Below, one piece after another: positions 61,390-64,000 of a DNA stretch of 64,000 bases. The DNA is from Gracilinanus agilis (lineage: Eukaryota): NCBI RefSeq assembly GCF_016433145.1, contig NC_058134.1, positions 16,926,038 to 16,990,037 of the forward strand. The letters are read 5' to 3'. The first letter of the stretch is position 1. Each line of letters begins with the position of its first letter. The position numbers and the translations under genes are program-made. The notes under the pieces were generated by a model. That model was not told the origin of the DNA, did not search any database, and saw only the letters and a program-made list of their open reading frames with translations.

Positions 61390-62005
61390 TATCCTCCTGG
61401 CTTTCATGATCTCTCTTCAAACTATCCTTCACACAGGTGCAAAAATAATTTTTCAAAAGCATAGGTGTGAGCATATCACTCCCCTACTCAACTACCTTGA
61501 GAGGCTCCCTATTGCCTAAAGGATAAAATACAAATTCCTTTTTGACATTTAGAGTCCTTGGTGGTCTGGTCCCCATCCTCATCTCACCAGTCTTCCTTTA
61601 TAGTATCTCTCTTTGCAACTCAAGAGTAATGCCTTTGGTCCTCACTGAAAACAGAAGGAGGGATGCTATCTCCTTTCCTGTTCTCTGCTTTGGAATCACA
61701 CTGGTCCCAGAAGGAAATACTCCTCACGATTTTGCATGGCCTGTCCTCTAGTCCGGTAACGTTTCCCATCCTCATTTCTGCCTCTCACAATATTTGTCTT
61801 CATTGAGGACTTGGCTAGAGTGCCTTTTCCCCTGGGAAGCCTTTCTTGATGTCTCCGGTTGTTCCTCACCCCCCTCCTCAAGTTATCTTATGTCTATTTA
61901 TCTGTGGACAGGCTTGTCCCCTCAATAGAAGGTTAGCTTTGTGAGGGCAGGGGCTATTTTATTTTTGCCTGTCTGGCACAAAATGGGTGCTAATAAATGC
62001 TTATA
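61390..62005 (+). mobile_element. L2 3' region relic
   Basis: gcaatagtctcctaa, atatcactcccctactc, ccctcaatagaaggttagc and aataaatgct hallmarks. Confidence 0.7.
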
Positions 62006-62594
62006 ATGATTATCTAGTATTTCTCCAGCACCTACTCTTTACTTTGTGTGTGTGTGTGTGTGTTTTTTTTTTACAAATATTATCTCATTTTGTCCTCACA
62101 ATAACCCTGGGAGGTAGATGCTATTATTAGCCCTGTTTTGCACATGAGAAAACTGAAGCAGGCAGAGATTAAAGGACTTGCCCAGGGTCACATGGCCAAG
62201 AAGTATCTGAGGCAAGATTTGAACTCAGGTCTTCCTGATTCCAGGTTCGGCACTCAAACCACCAAGAGGTATCATCTCTTATTGAGCTGAATAGTTGAAA
62301 TGATGAATTATAAATTATAGGACTAATTGTGGTAACTGGTGACACTACCCAGTGTCTTTTAGTTTGCTAAGTATACATTAGATAGGTCTCATTTGAGCCT
62401 TAGAACAAGCCAGTGGGGGGGGAGATGGTGCAGCCACCTTTCTTTCTCTACAATCTGGAGGGGTTCCTGCCTTGCCATTCTGATTTCCTGTCCTTCCTGT
62501 ACCCCTATCCAAGTTAAACCATCCCATCCTCCTTGGGCTACCTTCCATCTTCTTCAGTATATGGGGCATTTGCCTGTTGGCTCTCCCTTAAGAA

Positions 62595-62789
62595 CAGTGA
62601 TTCCCAAAGTGGGCGCCACTGCCCCCTGGTGGGTGCTGCAGCGATCCAGAGAGGTGGTGATGGCCACAGGTGCATTTATCTTTCCTATTAATTGCTATTA
62701 AAAAAAAAACAAAACTAATTTCCAGGGGGGCTAAGGAATAGTTTTTCTGGGAAGGGGGACAGGAGGCCAAAAAAGTTTGGGAGCCGCTG
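62595..62789 (+). mobile_element. hAT (Charlie-type) MITE, copy B of the 18294 family
   Basis: TIRs CAGTGATTCCCAAA...TTTGGGAGCCGCTG. Degenerate 8-bp flanks cttaagaa/ccttagac. Confidence 0.9.
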
Positions 62790-63662
62790 CCTTAGACTGT
62801 AAGTCCTCTGAAGGCAGGGCAGCTGCTTTTGACTTTCTCTGGATGCCCAGGGTTTAACCTAGCCCATAGCAAATGCTTCCTATGTATTTATTTGTTGACT
62901 GCCTGGCTGCCTCTGCCTCTGTGAATCTCCGATGCCCGGGATGCCTTCCCTTCTCATCTTTGCCTCTTAAAGAATAGATTGGGTGCTCCTACTTCCTACT
63001 AGAGTCATTTCCTGACCTCCCTTCCTTTTAGTATTCTGTCCTTCGGGAAATTAATTTGTATTCATTTGATTTATGTAATGCGATATTCCCCCGTTGGAAA
63101 GGAAGCTTCTCGTGGCCGCAGACCTGAGAAGAGTGCAGACTGCCTTGCAGATTCCAAGTAAAGCCGGTGCCTGGCACAGAGATGGCACAGTCCCTAAACA
63201 ACGGAGTGACTTTTCCCCTCCATAGCACAATCTCTTGTACAAAATGGTGCCTAATCGATGTTGATGCCAATCTCTATTTCACAGAAGAGGCAGCCGAGGC
63301 TCAGGAGGGAGGAGATTATGCTCCCCTGGCCAGCCCCGAATTCTTTTCCCGGGCCACGAGAAGCCTGCTTGCTTTCGAATCCTCTTGAGGTGCCCAGAAG
63401 AGGCCCCCCGCACCGTGTCTCCCCTCTCTCCTCCTCCAGGAAGCCCTCATATCCAGGCATGGCCCGGCTTCTCTCTGGGCTAGCAGACTCCCCAGTTGGA
63501 GCCGGGCCCAGCAGCGGCAGCAGCAACTAGAGCATTCCCTGAATATCCAGCCGGTGCGTCCTCCTGGACACCGAGGAAGCCACATTCAGTAGCTGAGCAG
63601 CTGAAGGCATGAATAGCGGGCCCTGATGGTGCCGGGTTAGAGATAGGGAGATGCTGGCAGGA

Positions 63663-63692
63663 ATTTGCATGCATTTGCATATATACAATTGT
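63663..63692. promoter_or_regulatory. Tandem octamers plus palindromic SOX site
   Basis: ATTTGCAT at 63663 and 63673; ACAATTGT at 63685-63692. Confidence 0.55.
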
Positions 63693-64000
63693 CCGTCTGA
63701 GGCTCCGCTTTCCTTCTGGGCGCCCCATTCTCCTCGCTGTAACACCGACACAGATCAGGAAATTTCTGATCTCAGCAGCCCAAGAGCGGCTTATCAGGAA
63801 GGAAGGAGGGAGAAGACAAAGAAATGAAAAGAAGGACAGAACTGGGCCGGGGCTTATCTTTGGAGGCTCAGGGACAGGCTTTCCTTTTGGAGACTCGGCA
63901 TCCCCCCCCCCCCTTGTCGATTCCAGAAGGTGCCCGGCTCGTGGGGCAAGATATGGAGGAGGCCGGATCTCCGCCTTGCCACGGCAGAGGGCATCTGGGA

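Noticed and set aside
45000-64000. SKAP2 or other neighbouring gene exons
   Set aside because: No SKAP2-like (PH/SH3) or other recognisable coding exon was found on either strand.

Overview
Marsupial genomic DNA, most likely the opossum Monodelphis domestica, judged from its young Mdo-type CORE-SINEs with intact target-site duplications (TSDs), marsupial L1 3' ends and short assembly gaps. The only protein-coding gene I can support is sorting nexin 10 (SNX10) on the + strand. Its six coding exons are 7655-7678, 22037-22123, 27293-27393, 28756-28854, 38478-38693 and a last exon whose acceptor lies in the N gap 38928-39181 (stop 39243-39245). All visible junctions are GT-AG and phase-consistent. 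The rest of the window is intron or intergenic sequence: SINE, MIR, L1 and L2 relics, solo LTRs, three hAT MITEs, micro- and minisatellites, and several CpG islands. The most interesting signals are regulatory. They include a duplicated ~180-bp intronic module whose two copies keep an exact NFAT:AP-1 composite site, a phased pair of RFX X-boxes in the CpG island just 3' of SNX10, a hAT MITE family carrying a CTCF core (two copies in convergent orientation), further CTCF motifs, a tandem octamer plus SOX element, a ~9-kb stretch without recognisable transposons, and a diverged ~29-bp array with higher-order structure. All motif calls were made by eye and none has been tested. Family names and human sequences are recalled from memory.
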